Below, one piece after another: positions 37,501 through 50,581 of a DNA stretch of 64,000 nt. Location: contig CM121342.1 in assembly GCA_051530055.1 (NCBI GenBank), positions 14,709,480-14,773,479 of the forward strand. Direction: 5' to 3'. Position numbers and translations under genes: made by a program. Every line of letters starts with the position of its first letter. Within the stretch, counting starts at the first letter, position 1. The notes under the pieces are model-generated. The model was given only the letters and a program-made list of their open reading frames with translations, made no database searches and was not told the origin of the DNA. This stretch comes from Neoechinorhynchus agilis. Taxonomy: Eukaryota > Animalia > Acanthocephala.

Positions 37501-40500
37501 TTTCGGAAGTGCAAGTTTTCTATCAATTAACCTTCTAGAAAGGCACGGGATTGTGGGCTTCGCAAAAATATCGGACCTGATAAATTACTTCTTTAATTTT
37601 TCCGTTCTTATCGAATTGTTTAAATATTGAATTGTTCACTTTTTTTATCAAAGAAAAATTAAAAAGGAATTTATAAGTTCCGATATTTCGAAAGTGCAAG
37701 TTTTCTATCAATTAACCTTCTAGAAAGGCACGAGATTGTGGGCCTCGCAAAAATATCGGACCTGATAAATTCCTTCTTTAATTTTTTCGTTCTTATCGAA
37801 TTGTTTAAATATTGAATTGTTCATTTTTTTTATCAAGGAAAAAATGAAAAAAGGAATTTTTTAGGTCCGATATTTCTGAAGTGCAAGTTTTCTATCAATT
37901 AACCTTCTAGAAAGGCACGGGATTGTGGGCTTCGCAAAAATATCGGACCTGATAAATTCCTTCTTTAATTTTTCCGTTCTTATCGAATTGTTTAAATATT
38001 GAATTGTTCACGTTTTTTATCAAAGAAAAATTAAAAAGGAATTTATAAGTTCCGATATTTCGAAAGTGCAAGTTTTCTATCAATTAACCTTCTAGAAAGG
38101 CACGAGATTGTGGGCCTCGCAAAAATATCGGACCTGATAAATTCCTTCTTTAATTTTTTCGTTCTTATCGAATTGTTTAAATATTGAATTGTTCATTTTT
38201 TTTATCAAGGAAAAAATGAAAAAAGGAATTTTTTAGGTCCGATATTTCTGAAGTGCAAGTTTTCTATCAATTAACCTTCTAGAAAGGCACGGGATTGTGG
38301 GCTTCGCAAAAATATCGGAAATGATAAATTGCTTCTTTAATTTTTCCGTTCTTATCGAATTGTTTAAATATTGAATTGTTCATTTTTTTATCAAGGAAAA
38401 AATTAAAAAAGGAATTTATTGGGTCCGATATTTCTGAAGTGCAAGTCTTCCATCAATTAATCTTCTAGAAAGGCACGGGGATTGTGGGCTTCGCAAAAAT
38501 ATCGGACCTGATAAATTCCTTCTTTAATTTTTCCGTTCTTATCGAATTGTTTAAATATTGAATTGTTCATGTTTTTTTATCAAGGAAAAATGAAAAAGGA
38601 ATTTATAAGGTCCGATATTTCTGAAGTGCAGGTTTTCTATCAATTAACCTTCTAGAAAGGCACGAGATTGTGGGCCTCGCAAAAATATCGGACCTGATAA
38701 ATTCGTTCCTTAATTTTTCCGTTCTTATCGAATTGTTTAAATATTGTATTGTTCATGTTTTTCTATCAAGGAAAAAATGAAAAAAGCCATTTATTAGGTC
38801 CAATATTTCCAAAGTGCAAGTTTTCTATCAATTAACCTTCTAGAAAGGCACGAGATTGTGGGCCTCGCAAAAATATCGGACCTGATAAATTCCTTCTTTA
38901 ATTTTTCCGTTCTTATCGAATTGTTTAAATATTGAATTGTTCATTTTTATTCAAGGAAAAAATTAAAAAATTAATTTATTGGGTCCGATATTTCGGAAGT
39001 GCAAGTTTTCTATCAATTAACCTTCTAGAAAGGCACGAGATTGTGGGCTTCGAGAAAATATCGGACCTGATAAATTCCTTCTTTAATTTTTCCGTTCTTA
39101 TCGAATTGTTTAAATATTGAATTGTTCATTTTTCTATCAAGGAAAAAATGAAAAAAGGAATTTATTGGGTCCGATATTTCGGAAGTGCAAGTTTTCTATC
39201 AATTAACCTTCTAGAAAGGCACGAGATTGTGGGCCTCGCAAAAATATCGGACCTGATAAATTCCTTCTTTAATTTTTCCGTTCTTTCGAATTGTTAATAT
39301 TAATTGTTCATTTTTCTATCAAGGAAAAAATGAAAAAAGGAATTTATTGGGTCCGATATTTCGGAAGTGCAAGTTTTCTATCAATTAACCTTCGCGAAAG
39401 GCACGAGATTGTGGGCCCGCAAAACTATCGGACCTGATAAATTCCTTCTTTAATTTTTCCCTTCTTATCGATTTGTTTAAATATTGAATTGTTTTTTTTA
39501 TCAAGGGAAAAATTAAAAAAGGAATTTATTAGGTCCGATATTTCTGAAGTGCAAGTTTTCTATCAATTAACCTTCTAGAAAGGCACGAGATTGTGGGCTT
39601 CGCAAAAATATCGGACCCGATAAATTCGTTCCTTAATTTTTCCGTTCTTATCGAATTGTTTAAATATTGAATTGTTCATTTTTTTATCAAGGAAAAAATG
39701 AAAAAAAGGAATTTATTAGGTCCGATATTTCTGAAGTGCAAGTTTTCTATCAATTAACCTTCTAGAAAGGCACGAGATTGTGGGCCTCGCAAAACTATCG
39801 GACCTGATAAATTCCTTCTTTAATTTTTCCGTTCTTATCGATTTGTTTAAATATTGAATTGTTATTTTTTTTATCAAGGTAAAAATGAAAAAAGGAATTT
39901 ATTAGGTCCGATATTTTTGAAGTGCAAGTTTTCTATCAATTAACCTTCTAGAAAGGCACGAGATTGTGGGCTTCGCAAAAATATCGGACCCGATAAATTC
40001 CTTCTTTAATTTTTCCGTTCTTATCGAATTGTTTAAATATTGAATTGTTCATTTTTTATCAAGGAAAAAATGAAAGAAGCAATTTATTAGGTGCGATATT
40101 TCTGAAGTGCAAGTTTTCTAACAATTAACCTTCGCGAAAGGAACGAGATTGTGGGCCTCGCAAAACTATCGGACCTGATAAATTCCTTCTTTAATTTTTC
40201 CGTTCTTATCGATTTGTTTAAATATTGAATTGTTCATTTTTTATCAAGGAAAAAATGAAAAAAGGAATTTATTAGCTCCGATATTTCTGAAGTTCAAGTT
40301 TTCTATCAATTAACCTTCTAGAAAGGCACGAGATTGTGGGCTTCGCAAAAATATCGGACCTGATAAATTCCTTCTTTAATTTTTCCGTTCTTATCGAAGT
40401 GTTTAAATATTGTATTGTTCCTGTTTTTCTATCAAGGAAAAAATGAAAAAAGGAATTTATTGGGTCCGATATTTCTGAAGTGCAAGTTTTCTATCAATTA

Positions 40501-43500
40501 ACCTTCTAGAAAGGCACGAGATTGTGGGCTTCGCAAAAATATCGGACCTGATAAATTCCTTCTTTAATTTTTCCGTTCTTATCGAATTGTTTAAATATTG
40601 AATTGTTCATTTTTTATCAAGGAAAAAATGAAAAAAGGAATTTATTAGGTCCGATATTTCGGAAGTGCAAGTTTTCTATCAATTAACCTTCTAGAAAGGC
40701 ACGAGATTGTGGGCCTCGCAAAACTATCGGACCTGATAAATTCCTTCTTTAATTTTTCCGTTCTTATCGAATTGTTTAAATATTGAATTGTTCATTTTTT
40801 ATCAAGGAAAAAATGAAAAAAGGAATTTATTAGGTCCGATATTTCTGAAGTGCAAGTTTTCTATCAATTAACCTTCTAGAAAGGCACGAGATTGTGGGCT
40901 TCGCAAAAATATCGGACCTGATAAATTCCTTCTTTAATTTTTCCGTTCTTATCGAATTGTTTAAATATTGAATTGTTTATTTTTTTATCAAGGAAAAAAT
41001 GAAAAAAGGAATTTATTAGGTCCGACATTTCGGAAGTGCAAGTTTTCTATCAATTAACTTTCTAGAAAGGCACGAGATTGTGGGCCTCGCAAAAATATCG
41101 GACCTGATAAATTCCTTCTTTAATTTTTCCGTTCTTATCGAATTGTTTAAATATTGAATTGTTCATGTTTTTTTATCAAGGAAAAATGAAAAAAGAATTT
41201 ATAAGGTCCGATATTTCGGAAGTGCAAGTTTTCTATCAATTAACCTTCTAGAAAGGCACGAGATTGTGGGCCTCGCAAAAATGTCGGACCTGATAAATTC
41301 GTTCTTTAATTTTTCCGTTTTTATCCAATTGTTTAAATATTGAATTGTTCATTTTTTCTACCAAGGAAAAAATCAAAAAAGGAATTTATTGGGTCCGATA
41401 TTTCTGAAGTGCGAGCTTTCTATCAATTAACCTTCTAGAACGGCACGAGATTGTGGGCCTCGCAAAACTGTCGGACCTGATAAATTCCTTCTTTAATTTT
41501 TCCGTTCTTATCGATTTGTTTAAATATTGAATTGTTCATTTTTTATCAAGGAAAAAATGAAAAAAGGAATTTATTAGGTCCGACATTTCGGAAGTGCAAG
41601 TTTTCTATCAATTAACCTTCTAGAAAGGCACGAGATTGTGGGCTTCGCAAAAATATCGGACCTGATAAATTCCTTCTTTAATTTGTCCGTTAATATCGAA
41701 TTGTTTCAATATTGAATTGTTCACGTTTTTTATCAAGGAAAAATTAAAAAGGAATTTATAAGTTCCGATATTTCGAAAGTGCAAGTTTTCTATCAATTAA
41801 CCTTCTAGAAAGGCACGAGATTGTGGGCCTCGCAAAAATGTCGGACCTGATAAATTCCTTCTTTAATTTTTCCGTTCTTATCGAATTGTTTAAATATTGA
41901 ATTGTTCATTTTTTTATCAAGGAAAAAATGAAAAAAGTAATTTATTAGGTCCGATATTTCTGAAGTGCAAGTTTTCTATCAATTAACCTTCTAGAAAGGC
42001 ACGAGATTGTGGGCTTCGCAAAAATATCGGACCTGATAAATTGTTCTTTAATTTTTCCGTTCTTATCGAATTGTTTAAATATTGAATTGTTCATTTTTTT
42101 ATCAAGGAAAAAATGAAAAAAGCAATTTATTAGGTCCGATATTTCTGAAGTGCAAGTTTTCTATCAATTAACCTTCTAGAAAGGCACGAGATTGTGGGCC
42201 TCGCAAAACTATCGGACCTGATAAATTCCTTCTTTAATTTTTCCGTTCTTATCGATTTGTTTAAATATTGAATTGTTCATTTTTTTATCAAGGAAAAAAT
42301 GAAAAAAGGAATTTATTAGGTCCGATATTTGAAGTGCAAGTTTTCTATCAATTAACCTTCTAGAAAGGCACGAGATTGTGGGCTTCGCAAAAATATCGGA
42401 CCTGATAAATTCCTTCTTTAATTTTTCCGTTCTTATCGAATTGTTTAAATATTGAATTGTTCATTTTTTTATCAAGGAAAAAAATAAAAAAGCAATTTAT
42501 TAGGTCCGATATTTCTGAAGTGCAAGTTTTCTATCAATTAACCTTCTAGAAAGGCACGAGATTGTGGGCTTCGCAAAAATATCGGACCTGATAAATTCCT
42601 TCTTTAATTTTTCCGTTCTTATCGAAGTGTTTAAATATTGTATTGTTCCTGTTTTTCTATCAAGGAAAAAATGAAAAAAGGAATTTATTGGGTCCGATAT
42701 TTCGGAAGTGCAAGTTTTCTATCAATTAACCTTCGCGAAAGGCACGAGATTGTGGGCTTCGCAAAAATATCGGACCTGATAAATTCCTTCTTTAATTTTT
42801 CCGTTCTTATCGAATTGTTTAAATATTGAATTGTTCATTTTTTTATCAAGGAAAAAAATAAAAAAGCAATTTATTAGGTCCGATATTTCTGAAGTGCAAG
42901 TTTTCTATCAATTAACCTTCTAGAATGGCACGAGATTGTGGGCTTCGCAAAAATATCGGACCTGATAAAATCCTTCTTTAATTTTTCCGTTCTTATCGAA
43001 GTGTTTAAATATTGTATTGTTCCTGTTTTTCTATCAAGGAAAAAATGAAAAAAGGAATTTATTGGGTCCGATATTTCGGAAGTGCAAGTTTTCTATCAAT
43101 TAACCTTCGCGAAAGGCACGAGATTGTGGGCCTCGCAAAACTATCGGACCCGATAAATTTCTTCTTTAATTTTTCCGTTCTTATCGAATTGTTTCAATAT
43201 TGAATTGTTCATTTTTTTATCAAGGAAAAAATGAAAGAAGCAATTTATTAGGTCCGATATTTCTGAAGTGCAAGTTTTCTATCAATTAACCTTCTAGAAA
43301 GGCACGAGATTGTGGGCTTCGACAAAATATCGGACCTGATAAATTCCTTCTTTAATTTGTCCGTTAATATCGAATTGTTTCAATATTGAATTGTTCAGGT
43401 TTTTTTATCAAGTAAAAATTAAAAAGGAATTTATAGGTTCCGATATTTTGAAAGTGCAAGTTTTCTATCAATTAACCTTCTAGAAAGGCACGAGATTGTG

Positions 43501-46500
43501 GGCCTCGCAAAAATGTCGGACCTGATAAATTCCTTCTTTAATTTTTCCGTTCTTATCGAAGTGTTTAAATATTGAATTGTTCATTTTTTTCTATCAAGGA
43601 AAAAATGAAAAAAGGAATTTATTGGGTCCGATATTTCGGAAGTGCAAGTTTTCTATCAATTAACCTTCGCGAAAGGCACGAGATTGTGGGCTTCGCAAAA
43701 ATATCGGACCTGATAAATTCCTTCTTTAATTTTTCCGTTCTTATCGAATTGTTTAAATATTGAATTGTTCATTTTTTTATCAAGGAAAAAAATAAAAAAG
43801 CAATTTATTAGGTCCGATATTTCTGAAGTGCAAGTTTTCTATCAATTAACCTTCTAGAATGGCACGAGATTGTGGGCTTCGCAAAAATATCGGACCTGAT
43901 AAAATCCTTCTTTAATTTTTCCGTTCTTATCGAAGTGTTTAAATATTGTATTGTTCCTGTTTTTTATCAAGGAAAAAATGAAAAAAGGAATTTATTGGGT
44001 CCGATATTTCGGAAGTGCAAGTTTTCTATCAATTAACCTTCGCGAAAGGCACGAGATTGTGGGCCTCGCAAAACTATCGGACCCGATAAATTTCTTCTTT
44101 AATTTTTCCGTTCTTATCGAATTGTTTCAATATTGAATTGTTCATTTTTTTATCAAGGAAAAAATGAAAGAAGCAATTTATTAGGTCCGATATTTCTGAA
44201 GTGCAAGTTTTCTATCAATTAACCTTCTAGAAAGGCACGAGATTGTGGGCTTCGACAAAATATCGGACCTGATAAATTCCTTCTTTAATTTGTCCGTTAA
44301 TATCGAATTGTTTCAATATTGAATTGTTCAGGTTTTTTTATCAAGTAAAAATTAAAAAGGAATTTATAGGTTCCGATATTTTGAAAGTGCAAGTTTTCTA
44401 TCAATTAACCTTCTAGAAAGGCACGAGATTGTGGGCCTCGCAAAAATGTCGGACCTGATAAATTCCTTCTTTAATTTTTCCGTTCTTGTCGTAGTGTTTA
44501 AATATTGAATTGTTAATTTTTTTATCAAGGAAAAAATGAAAAAAGGAATTTATTGGGTCCGATATTTCGGAAGTGCAAGTTTTCTATCAATTAACCTTCG
44601 CGAAAGGCACGAGATTGTGGGCTTCGCAAAGATATCGGACCTGATAAATTACTTCTTTAATTTTTCCGTTCTTATCGAATTGTTTAAATATTGAATTGTT
44701 CATGTTTTTTTATCAAGGAAAAATGAAAAAGGAATTTATAAGGTCCGGTATTTCTGAAGTGCAAGTTTTCTATCAATTAACCATCTAGAAAGGCACGAGA
44801 TTGTGGGCTTCGCAAAGATATCGGACCTGATAAATTGTTCTTTAATTTTTCCGTTCTTATTGAATTGTTTAAATATTGAATTGTTCATTTTTTTATCAAG
44901 GAAAAAATGAAAAAAGCAATTTATTAGGTCCGATATTTCGGAAGTGCAAGTTTTCTATCAATTAACCTTCTAGAAAGGCACGAGATTGTGGGCCTCGCAA
45001 AACTATCGGACCTGATAAATTCCTTCTTTAATTTTTCCGTTCTTATCGAATTTTTTAAATATTGAATTGTTCATGTTTTTTTATCAAGGAAAAATGAAAA
45101 AGGAATTTATTAGGTCCGATATTTCAGAAGTGCAAGTTTTCTATCAATTAACCTTCTAGAAAGGCATGAGATTGTGGGCCTCGCAAAACTGTCGGACCTT
45201 ATAAATTCCTTCTTTAATTTTTCCGTTCTTATCGATTTTTTTAAATATTGAATTGTTCATTTTTTTATCAAGGAAAAAATGAAAAAAGCAATTTATTAGG
45301 TCCGATATTTCTGAAGTGCAAGTTTTCTATCAATTAACCTTCTAGAAAGGCACGAGATTGTGGGCTTCGCAAAAATATCGGACCTGATAAATTCCTTCTT
45401 TAATTTTTCCGTTCTTATCGAATTGTTTAAATATTGAATTGTTCATTTTTTATCAAGGAAAAAATGAAAAAAGGAATTTATTAGGTCCGATATTTCTGAA
45501 GTGCAAGTTTTCTATCAATTAACCTTCTAGAAAGGCACGAGATTGTGGGCTTCGCAAAAATATCGGACCTGATAAATTCCTTCTTTAATTTTTCCGTTCT
45601 TATCGAATTGTTTAAATATTGAATTGTTCATTTTTTTATCAAGGAAAAAAATAAAAAAGCAATTTATTAGGTCCGATATTTCTGAAGTGCAAGTTTTCTA
45701 TCAATTAACCTTCTAGAATGGCACGAGATTGTGGGCTTCGCAAAAATATCGGACCTGATAAAATCCTTCTTTAATTTTTCCGTTCTTATCGAAGTGTTTA
45801 AATATTGTATTGTTCCTGTTTTTCTATCAAGGAAAAAATGAAAAAAGGAATTTATTGGGTCCGATATTTCGGAAGTGCAAGTTTTCTATCAATTAACCTT
45901 CGCGAAAGGCACGAGATTGTGGGCCTCGCAAAACTATCGGACCCGATAAATTTCTTCTTTAATTTTTCCGTTCTTATCGAATTGTTTCAATATTGAATTG
46001 TTCATTTTTTTATCAAGGAAAAAATGAAAGAAGCAATTTATTAGGTCCGATATTTCTGAAGTGCAAGTTTTCTATCAATTAACCTTCTAGAAAGGCACGA
46101 GATTGTGGGCTTCGACAAAATATCGGACCTGATAAATTCCTTCTTTAATTTGTCCGTTAATATCGAATTGTTTCAATATTGAATTGTTCAGGTTTTTTTA
46201 TCAAGTAAAAATTAAAAAGGAATTTATAGGTTCCGATATTTTGAAAGTGCAAGTTTTCTATCAATTAACCTTCTAGAAAGGCACGAGATTGTGGGCCTCG
46301 CAAAAATGTCGGACCTGATAAATTCCTTCTTTAATTTTTCCGTTCTTGTCGTAGTGTTTAAATATTGAATTGTTAATTTTTTTATCAAGGAAAAAATGAA
46401 AAAAGGAATTTATTGGGTCCGATATTTCGGAAGTGCAAGTTTTCTATCAATTAACCTTCGCGAAAGGCACGAGATTGTGGGCTTCGCAAAGATATCGGAC

Positions 46501-48570
46501 CTGATAAATTCCTTCTTTAATTTTTCCGTTCTTATCGAATTGTTTAAATATTGAATTGTTCATGTTTTTTTATCAAGGAAAAATGAAAAAGGAATTTATA
46601 AGGTCCGATATTTCTGAAGTGCAAGTTTTCTATCAATTAACCATCTAGAAAGGCACGAGATTGTGGGCTTCGCAAAGATATCGGACCTGATAAATTGTTC
46701 TTTAATTTTTCCGTTCTTATTGAATTGTTTAAATATTGAATTGTTCATTTTTTTATCAAGGAAAAAATGAAAAAAGCAATTTATTAGGTCCGATATTTCT
46801 GAAGTGCAAGTTTTCTATCAATTAACCTTCTAGAAAGGCACGAGATTGTGGGCCTCGCAAAAATATCGGACCTGATAAATTCCTTCTTTAATTTTTCCGT
46901 TCTTATCGAATTGTTTAAATATTGAATTGTTCATTTTTTTATCAAGGAAAAAATGAAAAAAGGAATTTATTAGGTCCGATATTTCGGAAGTGCAAGTTTT
47001 CTATCAATTAACCTTCTAGAAAGGCACGAGATTGTGGGCCTCGCAAAAATATCGGACCTGATAAATTCCTTCTTTAATTTTTCCGTTCTTATCGAATTGT
47101 TTAAATATTGAATTGTTCATGTTTTTTTATCAAGGAAAAATGAAAAAGGAATTTATTAGGTCCGATATTTCTGAAGTGCAAGTTTTCTATCAATTATCTA
47201 GAAAGGCACGAGATTGTGGGCCTCGCAAAACTGTCGGACCTGATAAATTCCTTCTTTAATTTTTCCGTTCTTATCGATTTGTTTAAATATTGAATTGTTC
47301 ATTTTTTTATCAAGGAAAAAATTAAAAAAGCAATTTATTAGGTCCGATATTTCGGAAGTGCAAGTTTTCTATCAATTAACCTTCTAGAAAGGCACGAGAT
47401 TGTGGGCCTCGCAAAAATATCGGACCTGATAAATTCCTTCTTTAATTTTTCCGTTCTTATCGATTTGTTTAAATATTGAATTGTTCATTTTTTTATCAAG
47501 GAAAAATGAAAAAGGAATTTATTAGGTCCGATATTTCTGAAGTGCAAGTTTTCTATCAATTAACCTTCTAGAAAGGCACGAGATTGTGGGCCTCGCAAAA
47601 ATATCGGACCTGATAAATTCCTTCTTTAATTTTTCCGTTCTTATCGAATTTTTTAAATATTGAATTGTTCATGTTTTTTTATCAAGGAAAAATGAAAAAG
47701 GAATTTATTAGGTCCGATATTTCAGAAGTGCAAGTTTTCTATCAATTAACCTTCTAGAAAGGCACGAGATTGTGGGCCTCGCAAAACTGTCGGACCTGAT
47801 AAATTCCTTCTTTAATTTTTCCGTTCTTATCGATTTGTTTAAATATTGAATTGTTCATTTTTTTATCAAGGAAAAAATTAAAAAAGCAATTTATTAGGTC
47901 CGATATTTCGGAAGTGCAAGTTTTCTATCAATTAACCTTTTAGAAAGGCACGAGATTGTGGGCCTCGCAAAACTATCGGACCTGATAAATTCCTTCTTTA
48001 ATTTTTCCGTTCTTATCGATTTGTTTAAATATTGAATTGTTCATTTTTTTTATCAAGGAAAAATGAAAAAGGAATTTATTAGGTCCGATATTTCTGAAGT
48101 GCAAGTTTTCTATCAATTAACCTTCTAGAAAGGCACGAGATTGTGGGCTTCGCAAAAATATCGGACCTGATAAATTCCTTCTTTAATTTTTCCGTTCTTA
48201 TCGATTTGTTTAAATATTGAATTGTTCATTTTTTTATCAAGGAAAAAAAAAGGAATTTATTAGGTCCGATATTTCGGAAGTGCAAGTTTTCTATCAATTA
48301 ACCTTCTAGAAAGGCACGAGATTGTGGGCCTCGCAAAACTATCGGACCTGATAAATTCCTTCTTTAATTTTTCGGTTCTTATCGAATTGTTTAAATATTG
48401 AATTGTTCATTTTTTTATCAAGGAAAAATGAAAAAGGAATTTATAATATCCGATATTTCCAAAGTGCAAGTTTTCTATCAATTAACCTTCTAGAAAGGCA
48501 CGAGATTGTGGGCCTCGCAAAAATATCGGACCTGATAAATTCCATCTTTAATTTTTCCGTTCTTATCTAA
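28550..48570. repeat. Tandem satellite, ~187-bp monomer, roughly 107 copies, with higher-order duplications
   Basis: gtccgatattt recurs every 186-188 bp (28561, 28747, 28935...). Each monomer has a central TTCTAGAA palindrome and long inverted arms. Confidence 0.97.
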
Positions 48571-48731
48571 TTTCTTCCACGATTTTTTCTAATTAATAAA
48601 GAATCGCTGGCGTGTATGTTTGTAGAAATGCCGTCGAACAAGAATAAGTCATTGATTTGTATTTGTAATAAGTAAAGCACTCATTTAAGACTCTCGATCG
48701 ACCCATTTTTGCTGAAGAAATTGCGAATATT

Positions 48732-49000
48732 TTACTGATAATAAAGCTCAAGGCTCATTCCGTCAGATATTTCGTAGTCCTCGAGAGTGATGGCGTCCTT
48801 GTAGATTGTGTACCTAAGAAAGAGTTGTACTCATAAAAACTTAAACTGAACATATCGCACCATTTTTTCAAAACTATTTTATCGTAAGCTGTTCCCGTTT
48901 GAGCGGAAATAAGCTTCTTAAGGTCGCCAATGGTGTCCGATGGATTACACTTTACTCTAACCTTCTTACCAAGTCGATCGTTGCAAATCACTTCAATCAT
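48732..49000 (-). CDS. UBL5: Ubiquitin-like protein 5 (Hub1)
   Basis: [36 protein letters not shown]...KKW|[26 protein letters not shown], with one GT-AG intron. Confidence 0.96.
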
Positions 49001-50073
49001 CTAAATCGTGGCCGTTAAATTGTGTGCGTCCTTGTGAAAAACGAGATAATTGGATGAGTTTAATCTTGCCGAATAAAGCCTAACGACTTAAGCTAAAAGT
49101 AAATGTGAAATAGCCCGTTAAATTTGTAAGGTTTATAGAGGTAGAAAATAGAAGAGGTACAAATCGACAAGAAACGGTTTAAAACGGACTGAACCACTTT
49201 TCCCTCCGAACATGACGTACTAAGCCACGCTGCTTTTTCATAGTTGCGCTATCGAGCTGAAAGAAACAAAATATTAAAACAGAACCGGTAATAGACACCG
49301 CTTGGATTTTTTATGGTTTGCGTTCATTTGGGTCTGTGTTTTGAGATCTTAAAATCCACAAGTGTTATTTGTTTTAACGGAGTTTTTCTACGTAGAAGGC
49401 GTTCTTTCGTAACTTCTCTCGTGTTGTTGAGAACTGTTGCGATAGCTGTGCTATACACGCCTGCTGCTCGGCTGAACGGTTTTATGGGTATATTCACTGA
49501 TCGGATGGGTGAGTTAGTAATTTGTAGTCTTGCTGCTTTTTTATTGCTTTTCGTTCTTCACTACTCAAGGATCGCCGTTTTACTCATACCATCGGTTTTT
49601 TGGCATCTCCCTTCTTTCATTTTGTTCAAAAGCCACAATCACTCGCCTAAAGGTCAACCTCTGAGAGATTATATCTTTATTTATCACATTTCCTCCGTAA
49701 ATTAGTTATTGGTACGTACGAGAAATGTCAATTCTCTAGTAATTCAATTATTTCCGAAAATTCGCAAATATGAATAACTTTTAAAGTGCCCTCAAAATTG
49801 TTAACAAAAGCGCTTTTTTGCACAGACGTTTCGTCTTATTGTATTACACTTGTTTCTTACGCCTTCATATCTTGAGCTATGTTTCAGAAGAAGAAAAAGG
49901 AGTCTATCCGTACCAATCATCTTTTTAAGTTTGCTTTTAAAATCTTCAATACTCCATTTGTATAGTAAAACGTCTCTTATTTTAACCTCAAAAAGCACAA
50001 ATTTGCCCTTCTTTTAATTAGACAGAAATTGACTTAAAAAAGTTGAAATAATCATTATATTGTCTGTTTTTAA

Positions 50074-50200
50074 AATTTATTTCCCCGATATTTCACATCG
50101 GTCGGATAATTCCGACATTGTCACACCCACAAGCAATCACAAACCTTGGCGTAAAATATCGGAATTATCCGACCGGTGTGAAATATCGGGGAAATAAATT
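50074..50200. mobile_element. MITE-like perfect hairpin (~45-bp TIRs); partial second copy at ~50345-50392
   Basis: aatttatttccccgatatttcacatcggtcggataattccga pairs with tcggaattatccgaccggtgtgaaatatcggggaaataaatt (one difference, which is a G-U pair at RNA level). Confidence 0.8.
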
Positions 50201-50581
50201 AGTAAAGATTTGAATCCGTCGGGGTGGCGAAACTAAGAGAAAAAAGTATCTTTTCCCGCGAAGATATTAATTAAAGATATAATTTATTCGTGGAACTTTA
50301 ACGGTGTATTCCGAAAGAGAGATCGAAGAAACTTGCGAAACAAAGGCAAACCTTGGCGTAAAATATCGAAATTATCCGACCGGTGTGAAATATGGCATCC
50401 TGAAGAGGGTTTTAAAACTAATAAAAAAAGAAAGTATTTTCCCTTTCCCAAATACAATAATGCAAGTAATCATTTTATAGTTTTTAAAGTTAAAGTCACT
50501 AGAATTGGACACACCTATATGTTTGGCGCAACGATATGATTAGATTGCTTCTTTTTTTCTTTGTTTTTCTAGACAAATATC

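Noticed and set aside
28550-48570. CRISPR array or repeated small protein genes (recurrent 60-67-aa ORFs)
   Set aside because: Monomers are near-identical over their whole length with no unique spacers, and the context is eukaryotic with no cas genes. The ORFs appear and vanish with poly-A/T length variants.
48732-49000. UBL5/Hub1 (known to aid non-canonical splice-site use in yeast) as part of the hairpin-intron machinery
   Set aside because: The protein is ordinary and universally conserved; co-location in a eukaryotic window is not evidence.
49313-49705. 130-aa hydrophobic ORF between UBL5 and eIF4A
   Set aside because: Low-complexity T-rich translation with no family or splice support.
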